DNA of 49,956 nt from a virus, in IMG/VR virus record IMGVR_UViG_3300035698_021428. The stretch is one strand, 5' to 3'. Below, in pieces: positions 7,887-16,855 of this stretch; positions within the stretch are counted from its first letter, which is position 1; each line of letters begins with the position of its first letter. The notes beneath the pieces are model-generated. The model saw nothing but the letters and a program-made list of their open reading frames with translations, was not told where the DNA came from and searched no databases. Both the position numbers and the translations under genes were made by a program.

Positions 7887-8705
7887 TTATTCTGCATATG
7901 TTCTACGATACCAACCTTCATCTTGTTTGTGTTTAGATTCATTTAAGAACCAAGTGTAGTTACCTTTTTCTACAGATCCGTCTAACTTCTCGCTTCTAGC
8001 GGAACCATCTAAGAATCCAAAGTTGTTCTTATGATCTCCGTGCCAGTCGCCGTTGACAATATCTTTCTCGTATTTTTCTTCATCTGTATATCTACCTGAA
8101 TCCATCTGCGCCGCATCGCCGAGGACTATAAATCGAGATGGAACTGTCATGATATTGTGTATTTTCATTCGTTCGGTATAATTTCCGCCGCTACGATAAA
8201 GATTTTCAAACCCTTTTTTCGAACCTATATCACAATATAACCAGTCATTTGTAAAGTAACTTGTACCTAAAGCTCTCCCAACTGTGTGTTGATCTTGCTC
8301 ATTATGCCAAACAGTAGGCTCGCCGCTAGCGTAGTAACTTGTCCCGTTGTCTAACGGGCATGCAAAGATTTCTCCTCGTAAGCCAGTTGGGTAATATGCA
8401 TTTACTGGTCGAGCCTCTCTAAGAGTAAAGATATCTAAATCTGGATCATCAATAGCATCAAGAGATCCGCCCCACATCCATCGAACATTTCTTTCATAGT
8501 GCTCATCTGAAACAGGTACATTTTCATCATTTGAATCTGCATACATCGCCCAAGAAAGCAAATGCTGTCTTTGGTTGGATAAGCACTTAAGATTCATGGC
8601 AGTTTTTCTAGCAGAAGCAAGAGACGGAAGAAGAATAGCTATTAGAAGAGCTATGATGGATATAGAAACCAGCAACTCGATGAGGGTAAAACCTTGTTTG
8701 CGCAT
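7887..8705 (-). CDS. prepilin-type N-terminal cleavage/methylation domain protein, DUF1559 / H-X9-DG-like (272 aa)
   Basis: N-terminus MRKQGFTLIELLVSISIIALLIAILLP; C-terminal HGDHKNNFGFLDG; architecture typical of Planctomycetota. Confidence 0.75.
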   Translation of the reverse strand: MRKQGFTLIELLVSISIIALLIAILLPSLASARKTAMNLKCLSNQRQHLLSWAMYADSNDENVPVSDEHYERNVRWMWGGSLDAIDDPDLDIFTLREARPVNAYYPTGLRGEIFACPLDNGTSYYASGEPTVWHNEQDQHTVGRALGTSYFTNDWLYCDIGSKKGFENLYRSGGNYTERMKIHNIMTVPSRFIVLGDAAQMDSGRYTDEEKYEKDIVNGDWHGDHKNNFGFLDGSARSEKLDGSVEKGNYTWFLNESKHKQDEGWYRRTYAE

Positions 8706-8841
8706 ATTTTACTCCGTAAGAATTAACTATGTATATATGCTTGTTTTTCGATAAAAATCCTTCATTGCAAAATCTACTCCCCAAGTGTGGCGGTAAAAAA
8801 TTAGTGTCATACATTTTTGGTATCATATGAAGAAAGGAGTT

Positions 8842-9297
8842 ATGATGTCTAAGAAAAACGAAGATCATAAGATATATCTAACTTATGAATCTGGCGAAAG
8901 CGGCGGAGGAAATGTGCCAGGAGAATCTGGCCCATATTGCCGACAAGAAGATTCCTATGTAACATTCGAACTTCTTGGAGCATGGACAAAAGAATCAGAC
9001 TGGGTTGAAACAGTAACCGTTAACTTCTTGCCAAAAAGTAACGAAAGAATTTATGTTGTAGTAGTTCGTTATTCATCAGGACATACTTTCGGAAATTCAA
9101 GCGGGCACTGGCACATTGAGGGAGTATACAACAACCGAGACAATGCTGAAGCAATTGCCAAGACAATCGTTAATAAAACCTACAAAGAAGACGGCTACCT
9201 GCCTTGGGAAGGGTACTTCGAACGTCTCGAAGAGGTGAGTGTGGAAAGTATGGCCCCTGATGAAGGCAGGACCGTTTATAAAAATAAGAGTTACTAG
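8842..9297 (+). CDS. hypothetical protein (~151 aa)
   Basis: SD aaggag just upstream of tandem ATGs at 8842/8845; ends at TAG followed by a terminator hairpin. Confidence 0.5.
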   Translation: MMSKKNEDHKIYLTYESGESGGGNVPGESGPYCRQEDSYVTFELLGAWTKESDWVETVTVNFLPKSNERIYVVVVRYSSGHTFGNSSGHWHIEGVYNNRDNAEAIAKTIVNKTYKEDGYLPWEGYFERLEEVSVESMAPDEGRTVYKNKSY

Positions 9298-9304
9298 GTA
9301 TTCG

Positions 9305-9336
9305 CTGGTGCTGGACTAATCTTCAGCACCAGTTTT
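9305..9336 (+). terminator. rho-independent terminator
   Basis: ctggtgctg...cagcaccag 9-bp stem followed by TTTT. Confidence 0.6.
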
Positions 9337-9369
9337 CAAGTGCAATAAAAATATGATAAACTTGAGTGT

Positions 9370-9912
9370 ATGATTGATTACTCAAAAGATGATTGGTACG
9401 CCCTCGTAAGCAGAACCTACAAAGACCGCACAGAGGCTCGCTCAGGGCTTCCGCTCATGAACCATATCGATGAAGGTTTCAGGATCCTTGAGGCCATAGG
9501 AGCGAATGACGCTGCTATGAGAGCTTATTTCATCCATCCTCTTGTTCAGGATGATGAATCGCTCAAAAAATTCTTCTACGGCGAAGAACGAATAGAAAAT
9601 ATGTACGGCGCTGACTGGAACGGAGAAATCCTTCTTCTAGCCATGGAATACAGATCAGTAGCTAACGCATTTCTCTCTGACATGACTATTCTAGGAGTAG
9701 ACCAGATTCGTTTGAGCCCCCTAAAAGAAGTCAACGATATGTTGATTGCAAGCAAAGTTTTAGATCGCAAGAATTTTGAGAATCTTAAGAACATTTCTCG
9801 TGATTGTTTTGATATCCTTGACAAATATTTTAAGCTATGGCTTGAACGTTTAGGGATTTCAGAAAGGCAATATCAGAAACTTTGTAAAATATCGGTGAGA
9901 ACCTCATCATGA
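9370..9912 (+). CDS. hypothetical protein (180 aa)
   Basis: ORF; stop/start overlap (ATGA) with next gene. Confidence 0.5.
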   Translation: MIDYSKDDWYALVSRTYKDRTEARSGLPLMNHIDEGFRILEAIGANDAAMRAYFIHPLVQDDESLKKFFYGEERIENMYGADWNGEILLLAMEYRSVANAFLSDMTILGVDQIRLSPLKEVNDMLIASKVLDRKNFENLKNISRDCFDILDKYFKLWLERLGISERQYQKLCKISVRTSS

Positions 9913-10286
9913 ATAATGAAGAAGAATTGCTCAAAGCAGCTTTAGATCGTTGCGAGATCACTCATGAAGAGTTATCTTCTCACAAGATCTTTTATGAGCA
10001 GATATTCATGGGAGCAGGAGCTAGCCATAACTCTAAAGATAAAAATCGGTTCAATATGGATTTTTCAGGACAGGACTGCGCTTTACTTTACGAAAAAGTG
10101 AGAATAGCTTTATCTATGCTTTCTGGAGTCCAGCAATTAGAAACAAGCATATGTTCTTCACAAATGGAACCCGATGAGCACCTAGAAACGATTGAGTGCG
10201 AAACAGGACAATTAGAAATGATTGTTCAAGAAATAGCTATGGCTCTTACTGGAAAAGAAATAGGATTCAAAAATGAAAACGACTGA
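9909..10286 (+). CDS. hypothetical protein (125 aa)
   Basis: ORF, translationally coupled. Confidence 0.45.
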   Translation: MNNEEELLKAALDRCEITHEELSSHKIFYEQIFMGAGASHNSKDKNRFNMDFSGQDCALLYEKVRIALSMLSGVQQLETSICSSQMEPDEHLETIECETGQLEMIVQEIAMALTGKEIGFKNEND

Positions 10287-10701
10287 CAAAGTAGAACTTG
10301 TTGTTGGGGATTCTTATTGGTATGTCCAACTAGGACAAAGAATGACTGATGGGTCTTGGTTCTCTTCGCATCCAGTATATATATTTCCAGCAAAATATCT
10401 CGGACCAGAAGACAAGATGCACAAATTCGAACTAACATGCGCAATTGAAGGTAAAACTGAGCTTCTAGGCGGCTCTGATGAATATACAAGAATCAATGGT
10501 AGGATCTATGCTAATCAAATAAACGCTTGTAAAAGATCTGTGACTGTGAACAAAAAAGGTCGCAGGTTTCAGATGAGCAGAGTAAGAGAATTCAACAACG
10601 TTATTGCTGGACTCAAAACCACAATAGGAAAAATCGAAAAGCCTACCAGAAAAATGTGTTGTTGGCATTGTCACGGAACAGGCAAGCAAAATTACACCTG
10701 A
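10273..10701 (+). CDS. hypothetical protein (142 aa), C-terminal CxHCHGTG
   Basis: ORF. Confidence 0.45.
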   Translation: MKTTDKVELVVGDSYWYVQLGQRMTDGSWFSSHPVYIFPAKYLGPEDKMHKFELTCAIEGKTELLGGSDEYTRINGRIYANQINACKRSVTVNKKGRRFQMSRVREFNNVIAGLKTTIGKIEKPTRKMCCWHCHGTGKQNYT

Positions 10702-11158
10702 TAAAAGAGCGTGGAGCATTGAGCGCGCATCCACTGAACGCCGAATCACTGAGCGACATAGTAGTCTTTTTGACTACATGAGCAAGTGAAGCTCTAAAGC
10801 GAACAAGGCGTTGTAGCAGATCCAAACGGACTGTAAAATCTCAAACCTTGTATGTCCCAACCATCGCAGCCCTGTCAGCCATCGAGCATGACAAGGTTAC
10901 TTGAAGGGTAGAGGCATGGATCTGCGATAAGCAGGTTGATGATTGGGAGAAAGTATACATGTTGGTAGTATGGAACCTTTCTGCGCTTAGTTGATCAGTG
11001 AAACAGATCTATAAAAATCTAACCAGCGCATTTACTTCGGGCCGCAGGACCGAAGTATGTGCCGAGCGAAGCGAGGCTACACAGAGAAAGACGTATATAA
11101 TATCTCAAAAATGACGAAGAAGTAATAGTGAGATCTTTTCAGCAACAGATCTTTAGAT

Positions 11159-11241
11159 GGTGGCTATGGCAGATTGGTAATGCACCTGGTTGTGGACCAG
11201 GAACCGTAAGGTTTATGCGGGTTCAAATCCCGTTAGTCACC
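11159..11241 (+). tRNA. tRNA-His (GTG) with G-1 and an unusually long (15-nt) variable arm
   Basis: G-1 then acceptor gtggcta/tagtcac; anticodon stem cctgg/ccagg with loop ttGTGga; variable region aaccgtaaggtttat contains an aacc/ggtt stem; T-arm gcggg-ttcaaat-cccgt; discriminator C. Confidence 0.6.
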
Positions 11242-11249
11242 CTTTAGTT

Positions 11250-11321
11250 TGGGCTTTAGTGTAATCGGTAGCACAACAGTTTTTGATACTGTCAGTCTGG
11301 GTTCAAGTCCCAGTTGCCCAA
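11250..11321 (+). tRNA. tRNA-Gln (TTG), acceptor stem with two T-T mismatches
   Basis: Aligns closely with E. coli tRNA-Gln; anticodon stem acagt/actgt with loop ttTTGat; T-arm ctggg-ttcaagt-cccag. Confidence 0.55.
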
Positions 11322-11336
11322 TTTGAAAGGAAATAT

Positions 11337-11648
11337 ATGTCATCGCAATTTCCATCTAAAGTAAGTCAACTACTTCAAAATTTTGATGGTTGGCTTATCG
11401 GTTCTGCAGCTAATCCTGATAATCAAAACCCTAGAGACTTTGATATTCTCATCCCTTTTCATATGTGGCATAAAGCTTGTCTCTCAATACCTGAAAATGC
11501 CATTCCAAATAGCTTTGGCGGATGGAAGTTTATTGATAATAATGTTGAAATAGATATGTGGCCAGGCGATTTATCTTATCTTGCAGCAAGACCTAGATTT
11601 AAATACGCTTACCACTTAGCTAGCGATACCAGAATAAGTAAAATATAA
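11337..11648 (+). CDS. hypothetical protein (103 aa)
   Basis: SD gaaaggaaa upstream of ATG 11337; the listed ORF start at 11283 lies inside tRNA-Gln and is rejected. Confidence 0.5.
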   Translation: MSSQFPSKVSQLLQNFDGWLIGSAANPDNQNPRDFDILIPFHMWHKACLSIPENAIPNSFGGWKFIDNNVEIDMWPGDLSYLAARPRFKYAYHLASDTRISKI

Positions 11649-11672
11649 TCAAATACTTGAAAGGAAAAACAA

Positions 11673-12300
11673 ATGAGAATCGAGAAACAAGCAAAAGGCG
11701 TTAGACTACTCATGAACGACGAGGCTAAGAACCGGAGGTTGGTTCATCAATGCTTGCGTTGAAGCATCAGAAGCCGCTGGCTTCAATGAAATACTGCTTC
11801 CGCTCATTGAGCCAGAAAGTATCTATGAAGAAAAAGCGGGCACTGAGATTCTTAATCAAATGTACACCTTCAAAGACAAGGCAGGAAGAAACCTCTGTCT
11901 AAGACCCGAAGGTACTGCTACTGTCCAACTTGTTGCGCAGAAAATGCGGAACATGAAAGATGTGAAGCTATGGTATGAAACTCGTTGTTGGCGATACGAG
12001 CAGCCGCAGGCTGGGAGATACCGAGAATTCACTCAGTTCGGCGTAGAGTGGCTGAACCCCCGAAACCCTTCAGAGGCCCGAGAAAGTCTAGAAACGCTCG
12101 CCAGAGCGATTGTAGAGCGGCTGGGAGTTGATTACGAGTGGAACGGAACTGCCAAACGAGGATTGGCGTACTATATTGAAGATGGTTTTGAACTAAGCGT
12201 TCCGTCGCTTGTCGCTCAGAAGCAGGTGATTGGCGGTGGGGCTTATACTGAAGGCATCGGATTCGCCGTTGGCGTAGATCGTATTGCGTTGGCAATGTGA
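11673..12300 (+). pseudogene. minimal histidyl-tRNA synthetase-like catalytic core (~209 codons) with an apparent +1 frameshift near 11742; lacks the anticodon-binding domain
   Basis: Frame 0: MRIEKQAKGVRLLMNDEAKNRRLV (HisRS N-terminal GMNDY-like) ending at TGA; frame +1 continues FINACVEASEAAGFNEILLPLIEPESIYEEKAGTEILNQMYTFKDKAGRNLCLRPEGTA (motif 2), RYREFTQFG, GGGAYTEGIGFAVGVDRIAL (motif 3); junction in GGTTGGTT repeat. Confidence 0.6.
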
Positions 12301-12374
12301 AAGGCATCCCGTGAAGGTGCGAATCTTTTCGGGATTTTAGACGATATGCTCTCTGCCTACAATAGGAGATTTTC

Positions 12375-12608
12375 ATGCCAGAGCTAACTGAAAAACGAAA
12401 ACGAATACTTGCCCTTGTTGAAACAATAACAGACGAACAAGCAATAGAATTGGTTTCTGAAGAAGAACTTGTTCCTAAGCTTCCTGTATTTCTACCTGCA
12501 AAAATAAGCAAAGAAAAGCTTCTCGAATTAGCTTTGGATATTAGAAAAACATGGCAGCAAAAAAGATCGTTGAAAAAGACGAGGATCTTAAGTGATCGAA
12601 GAATTTAA
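12375..12608 (+). CDS. hypothetical protein (77 aa)
   Basis: SD aggag 7 nt upstream. Confidence 0.5.
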   Translation: MPELTEKRKRILALVETITDEQAIELVSEEELVPKLPVFLPAKISKEKLLELALDIRKTWQQKRSLKKTRILSDRRI

Positions 12609-12783
12609 GCTGTGCAAAGATTGCGGACGAAAAATAGCATACAAAGACGGAACTCCGATGGAGGGAGATTTTTGTACTGATGTCTGCGAATGGCATTACA
12701 ATGTTCCCCAGGAACAAAAAGATAAAATCAAAGAAATGCTTAAGAAAATAAAAGAAGAAGACAACAGAGAGAGCAGGTTCTAA
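12592..12783 (+). CDS. small zinc-ribbon protein (63 aa)
   Basis: CKDCGRK...CTDVCEWH Cys pairs. Confidence 0.45.
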   Translation: MIEEFKLCKDCGRKIAYKDGTPMEGDFCTDVCEWHYNVPQEQKDKIKEMLKKIKEEDNRESRF

Positions 12784-12788
12784 CCAGG

Positions 12789-13070
12789 ATGACGACAAAG
12801 AGACCTCTTACGACTCGGGAGAAGAATAGGGCTTTAGCTTCTTTATGTAAGAAAAAAGGATGCAAAGACTGCGGGTCTATGAAAAACCTGACTTTTCATC
12901 ACAAAGATCCAAGTCAAAAAATCATGAACATCAGCGACGGGGTGAGAAAAATGGGGGAATCTCGTTTTAGAAAAGAAATAAAGAAATGCGAAGTAGTATG
13001 TCGGGAGTGTCATGATAGGCTTCATGCTTTTGGGACTAGGTTGAATATATCAGTTAAGAGCATAACATGA
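12789..13070 (+). CDS. HNH endonuclease (93 aa)
   Basis: CKDCGS...LTFHHKDPSQ...CRECHDRLH. Confidence 0.7.
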   Translation: MTTKRPLTTREKNRALASLCKKKGCKDCGSMKNLTFHHKDPSQKIMNISDGVRKMGESRFRKEIKKCEVVCRECHDRLHAFGTRLNISVKSIT

Positions 13071-13279
13071 CTGAAAATGAGTTAAAATACGGCAAAAAAT
13101 TAAACAGACTTCTTCATAAAAAAGCAATGGGATATGAGGGCTCTATGATTTTTTCTGAAGGAGTATTATACGGATGGAAGAATGCAGGTTTAATAACTGC
13201 TGCTGAAAGCAGTAGGCTTGTCAAGGCATTTTGTACTGAAAATGATGAAATCGATATGACTTACGAATATGGAAGATAA
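13067..13279 (+). CDS. hypothetical protein (70 aa)
   Basis: ORF; TAA stop overlaps the 5' end of the tRNA. Confidence 0.4.
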   Translation: MTENELKYGKKLNRLLHKKAMGYEGSMIFSEGVLYGWKNAGLITAAESSRLVKAFCTENDEIDMTYEYGR

Positions 13280-13355
13280 TCCCGAACGGTGACGGGCACT
13301 ACTTGGAAAGTAGTTGGAGGTTAATAGCCTTGCGGTTCGATCCCGCTGTCTTCCT
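13271..13355 (+). tRNA. tRNA-Ser (GGA), type II
   Basis: Acceptor ggaagat/gtcttcc; D-stem cccg/cggg; anticodon stem actac/gtagt with loop ttGGAaa; variable arm tggaggttaatagcctt (gagg/cctt stem); T-arm ttcgatc loop. Confidence 0.7.
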
Positions 13356-13358
13356 TTT

Positions 13359-13751
13359 ATGAACGAAGAAGAAAAAGAAAAACAAGAGTTGTTAGAAATA
13401 CTCAGAAGTAGCATGAAAGATATAGAGGATAGAAAGGCCTATGTCAAAGCCAATATAGATAAGTTTAGGCTACCTGAACTTGAATATGTAGAGCATGAGG
13501 ATTTACCTGGTATGTATTGGGAAGTATGCGCAATCCCGGTAGATTCCGATCCTCTTAATAAATATGAAGGTCGAGAAGGTAAGCCTTATATTCGTCTTGA
13601 GTGGGGCTGGGATGCGGGTATGTCTGAAGAAGATTTAGCCAAGATGTCTGATGATAGCCCCAGAGGAAAAGAATGGGTGTATTTGGATCTTAGATCGGTT
13701 AAAGGATTGAGAGATAAGCTGACAAAACTTATAGATAAATACGGCGAATAA
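13359..13751 (+). CDS. hypothetical acidic protein (130 aa)
   Basis: Internal ATG after the tRNA; the listed start at 13314 is inside the tRNA. Confidence 0.45.
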   Translation: MNEEEKEKQELLEILRSSMKDIEDRKAYVKANIDKFRLPELEYVEHEDLPGMYWEVCAIPVDSDPLNKYEGREGKPYIRLEWGWDAGMSEEDLAKMSDDSPRGKEWVYLDLRSVKGLRDKLTKLIDKYGE

Positions 13752-13780
13752 ATGATGACACCAGATGAAGCAATATTAAC

Positions 13781-13865
13781 GGAAAGTAATCCAGAACGGT
13801 GACTGGCGCTCATTGCTAATGAGTTGGAGGTTAATAGCCTTGGAGTTCAACCCTCCTGCTTTCCT
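13781..13865 (+). tRNA. tRNA-Ser (GCT), type II
   Basis: Acceptor ggaaagt/gctttcc; D-stem ccag/ctgg; anticodon stem gctca/tgagt with loop ttGCTaa; variable arm identical to the other Ser tRNAs; T-loop ttcaacc. Confidence 0.65.
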
Positions 13866-13882
13866 TTTAGATAGGAATAAAA

Positions 13883-14059
13883 ATGGAATACGGTGCAGTT
13901 GAACGAAATAAAAACGGTAACGATCTTGTTGCAATCTCTGTAATCGTAGATGAAACCCAGGCGTATGAATTAAAGACTATACCTGAGTACAATGAACTCC
14001 TCAAGCAGGGTAATCTTGCCAAAAAGTGCAAAAATAAAAGCAACTGGATAAAAAAGTGA
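13883..14059 (+). CDS. hypothetical small protein (58 aa)
   Basis: ORF between two tRNAs. Confidence 0.3.
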   Translation: MEYGAVERNKNGNDLVAISVIVDETQAYELKTIPEYNELLKQGNLAKKCKNKSNWIKK

Positions 14060-14065
14060 GTAATT

Positions 14066-14149
14066 GGAAGAGCTTCCGATGGAGCGGTAGTTTGTTTTGA
14101 AAACAAATGTGGTGTAAAAGCCTTGCAGGTTCGAGTCCTGTCTCATCCG
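14066..14149 (+). tRNA. tRNA-Ser (TGA)-like, type II; acceptor A-A mismatch and irregular D-arm (possibly degenerate)
   Basis: Acceptor ggaagag/ctcatcc (6/7); anticodon stem tttgt/acaaa with loop ttTGAaa; long variable arm; T-arm gcagg-ttcgagt-cctgt. Confidence 0.45.
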
Positions 14150-14155
14150 TTTATT

Positions 14156-14641
14156 ATGAAAATTAGCTTCGCAACACTTTTAGATTTTTCTGAACTTAGG
14201 TTATTAATTGAATTTGTTCGCAATAAAAAACTTGATTACCCAGGTTATGATGATTGGATTAGCAAAACTAAATCTGAGCTAGACGCAGGTTGGAAAACAG
14301 CAATTATTGCTTGGGAAAATGACCGCATAGTCGGTAACGTTATTTTTCAACCACACAAACAATTAACTGGAATTAGAGAAATTAAAAACCTTAGAACAAT
14401 TAATAAGGTTGCGTCCCGTAAATTTGGTACATTTTTATTAAAACAAGCAGAATGGTACCAGCTAGATACCTATAATGAACTTCTTGCGGATTATCGAACA
14501 GGACAAAAAAGTATTGCGGCTCTTCTTGAAAGAGAAAGATATAAAATTGTCGGAATCAAGCCTTTATACGATGAAATAAATGATGTAATTGTTATGAAGA
14601 AAAATCCTTTCAAATCAATAAGAGATAAACATGAACATTGA
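14156..14641 (+). CDS. hypothetical protein, possibly GNAT-like acyltransferase (161 aa)
   Basis: Weak GNAT resemblance (AWENDRIVGNVIF..., ...RKFGTFLLKQ); start moved downstream of the tRNA. Confidence 0.4.
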   Translation: MKISFATLLDFSELRLLIEFVRNKKLDYPGYDDWISKTKSELDAGWKTAIIAWENDRIVGNVIFQPHKQLTGIREIKNLRTINKVASRKFGTFLLKQAEWYQLDTYNELLADYRTGQKSIAALLERERYKIVGIKPLYDEINDVIVMKKNPFKSIRDKHEH

Positions 14642-14990
14642 TTTAGATATTGTTCCTTCGACTATTGAACAGGCTATTGATATACTTGAACGGTCGCTTT
14701 CAGATGAAGAGCGAAGCATGGTTATTCGGGATAAGGATGCTACTACCACGACTCATCACGGCGATGGCCGATGGATACGAAATAACTGGTCCCTTTGGCA
14801 AAAAGATCTACCGCTTGTTTTAGACTTCAATCGCAGAGGTATCCATCATGCAGACGATATGAGCGGGATACTCCTCACCAGTACCTCTCGACAGGTGAAA
14901 AAAGAACCGTTAGACTTAGATGAGCAGATCCAGTATTATCGAGATTACTGGCAAAGATCAGGTGTTGACCCTGATAACTTGGGAGGCTAA
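14631..14990 (+). CDS. hypothetical protein (119 aa)
   Basis: ORF; coupled to upstream gene. Confidence 0.45.
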   Translation: MNIDLDIVPSTIEQAIDILERSLSDEERSMVIRDKDATTTTHHGDGRWIRNNWSLWQKDLPLVLDFNRRGIHHADDMSGILLTSTSRQVKKEPLDLDEQIQYYRDYWQRSGVDPDNLGG

Positions 14991-14991
14991 A

Positions 14992-15540
14992 ATGTGTAGC
15001 AGCGATCGCAAACGCGCAAAAAAAGACCTAAGGCTTGCTACTTTTGTCGCAATATGTTCAATCCTTGCTTTTGTTCCGATTTGGTATTTTGCAATAAATG
15101 GCAGTATTATTGCTTCAACCTCAAACGATAATGATCCATTTCTAGTTGATATAAATATGATGTATATTGGCGATTTTGGGCTTGGTATTAGCACCTACCT
15201 TGATGAGAATCCACAATCAAGCGTCAAAGAAGCCTATAATGCAGCCTTATTGGATTCTGGGGCTAATTTCCGTAAAGCAATGAGCACGTTCACTGTGTAT
15301 CTAAATCCTAATCGTGAAATGTGGAAAGATTACTCACGATCAAAGGCAAGAAATGAAGCAATAAAACTTTTGATTCTTGCTAAATCTGTAGATAAAACTG
15401 GCGAGTATCTTGACCTGGTTATACTTGAGCATAGTAGCTGGATCGTTCGTAATCAAATTCTAACAGAAGAACTTGAAAAGCGACATCCTATGACAATATT
15501 TTCACAGTCAATATTACCAAATGATTTCATAGCAAAGTGA
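14992..15540 (+). CDS. membrane-anchored hypothetical protein (182 aa)
   Basis: SD gggagg upstream of ATG 14992; one N-terminal TM segment. Confidence 0.45.
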   Translation: MCSSDRKRAKKDLRLATFVAICSILAFVPIWYFAINGSIIASTSNDNDPFLVDINMMYIGDFGLGISTYLDENPQSSVKEAYNAALLDSGANFRKAMSTFTVYLNPNREMWKDYSRSKARNEAIKLLILAKSVDKTGEYLDLVILEHSSWIVRNQILTEELEKRHPMTIFSQSILPNDFIAK

Positions 15541-15585
15541 GGAAAAAGTTGCTAGACTGTGGGTTTCTTGAATCAGGGAGACAAG

Positions 15586-16215
15586 ATGTCTGAGCAAAAA
15601 AACGTATTGCCTAATAGCGACTGCAAAACCGGCGAAGCCAGTGCAATTAGGGATAAACACCCTTGCGAAGTTCCTCGTGATTATGTCTGTTCCATTTGCG
15701 ATCACAAAGGATCACTACATAGCGTTGGCATGATTCTTGAACGAGGCGATGACAGGGAAGACGGTGAAGACCAATACGCCTGCCCTAAATGCTTCTGGGA
15801 GCGAACCCCAATAGGAAAACACACGCCAGAGCCCTGGCATTGGCACATGGAAGATAGATCCACGATGTTTATTTCGGGCCTTCGTGATTACATCAAATAT
15901 CCTATTCTGAATGCAGCAAGATGCACAGCATGTCAAGATGCATGCGTTAATAATTTTCCTTGCGGATGGCCTTCTAAAGCTAATGCTGATCGTATCTGTA
16001 GTTGTGTCAACGCATGTACAGGTATTAAAGATCCTGAAAAAACAATAATTGAACTAAAGAGCGCCTTGCAAGATACTCTAGTGTTTGTAGGCAAAATAAT
16101 GAAAAATAAAAGGGATGCCGACCCAAACTATGATGAGTTCAATAACAAAGAATCAGAGATTTATGATAAACTTCACAGCGCTAGCCTGGCACTTAATAGT
16201 AAATATGGATGGTAG
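15586..16215 (+). CDS. Cys-rich hypothetical protein (209 aa)
   Basis: SD gggaga; multiple CxxC pairs; TAG stop overlaps the next start (ATGGTAG). Confidence 0.5.
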   Translation: MSEQKNVLPNSDCKTGEASAIRDKHPCEVPRDYVCSICDHKGSLHSVGMILERGDDREDGEDQYACPKCFWERTPIGKHTPEPWHWHMEDRSTMFISGLRDYIKYPILNAARCTACQDACVNNFPCGWPSKANADRICSCVNACTGIKDPEKTIIELKSALQDTLVFVGKIMKNKRDADPNYDEFNNKESEIYDKLHSASLALNSKYGW

Positions 16216-16544
16216 AAGAAATTCAACAAGAAATTGACAAACTCCAACCGTTGTTTCGGGTTCTTGTCGAGTGGGATATAGTTGCTATCGTTGATAAGGA
16301 TTATCAATGCGAAGTTCATATCAACGAGAAAGAACGCAAAGCTTGTATCCTTCCTTGCTGTTGGGAAGGCTCAAAACCGAATGATTATGTATTTCATGAG
16401 CTAATGCATCTTTGTTGTCGAGAAATTAGTTTGGGAGAATATTCCGAACGGCGGGAAAAAGAAGAAATATTTGTTCAAGACTTAAGTAAGTTATTTAGAA
16501 GTTTTTTGGATCAATCCAACTATGAAGATTTATTGCGACATTGA
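16209..16544 (+). CDS. hypothetical protein with HExxH (HELMH) motif (111 aa)
   Basis: ORF; FHELMHLCC. Confidence 0.45.
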   Translation: MVEEIQQEIDKLQPLFRVLVEWDIVAIVDKDYQCEVHINEKERKACILPCCWEGSKPNDYVFHELMHLCCREISLGEYSERREKEEIFVQDLSKLFRSFLDQSNYEDLLRH

Positions 16545-16853
16545 CGGAACGCTTACAGACGAGCGATTCAAAACCTGGGGCAATCCTGTTATGCCTCGAA
16601 TAGACAAGCTAAAACAATTAATCAAAGATGGTAATCAGGTTGTTCTTTGGTCAGGGGAGGAACTAATTATGCTCGTAAATTTGCCAAGAAATATGGAATC
16701 AAAACTATTGCGGCTATAGGAAAACCAGATGTTGTTATTGATGACAACCCTAAGCTTCGTCCTGCAAAAAGAACAAAGTATCTATCTCCTGAACAATTTG
16801 AATCGCAAGATATTGATTCAGGACAGAAATGGTTAGATGTTTTGGGGGTTTGA
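16522..16853 (+). pseudogene. HAD-superfamily hydrolase split by a frameshift in a G-run (~16655)
   Basis: Frame 1 begins KIYCDIDGTLTD (HAD motif I DxDGT); frame 0 continues ...GKPDVVIDDNP (motif III/IV-like); junction tcaggggagg. Confidence 0.45.
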
Positions 16854-16855
16854 TT

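Noticed and set aside
13808-13824. Alternative register of the 13781 tRNA giving a CUA anticodon (loop tgCTAat)
   Set aside because: It would put G at position 33 and shorten the stem. The register with U33 gives GCU (Ser), consistent with the long variable arm.
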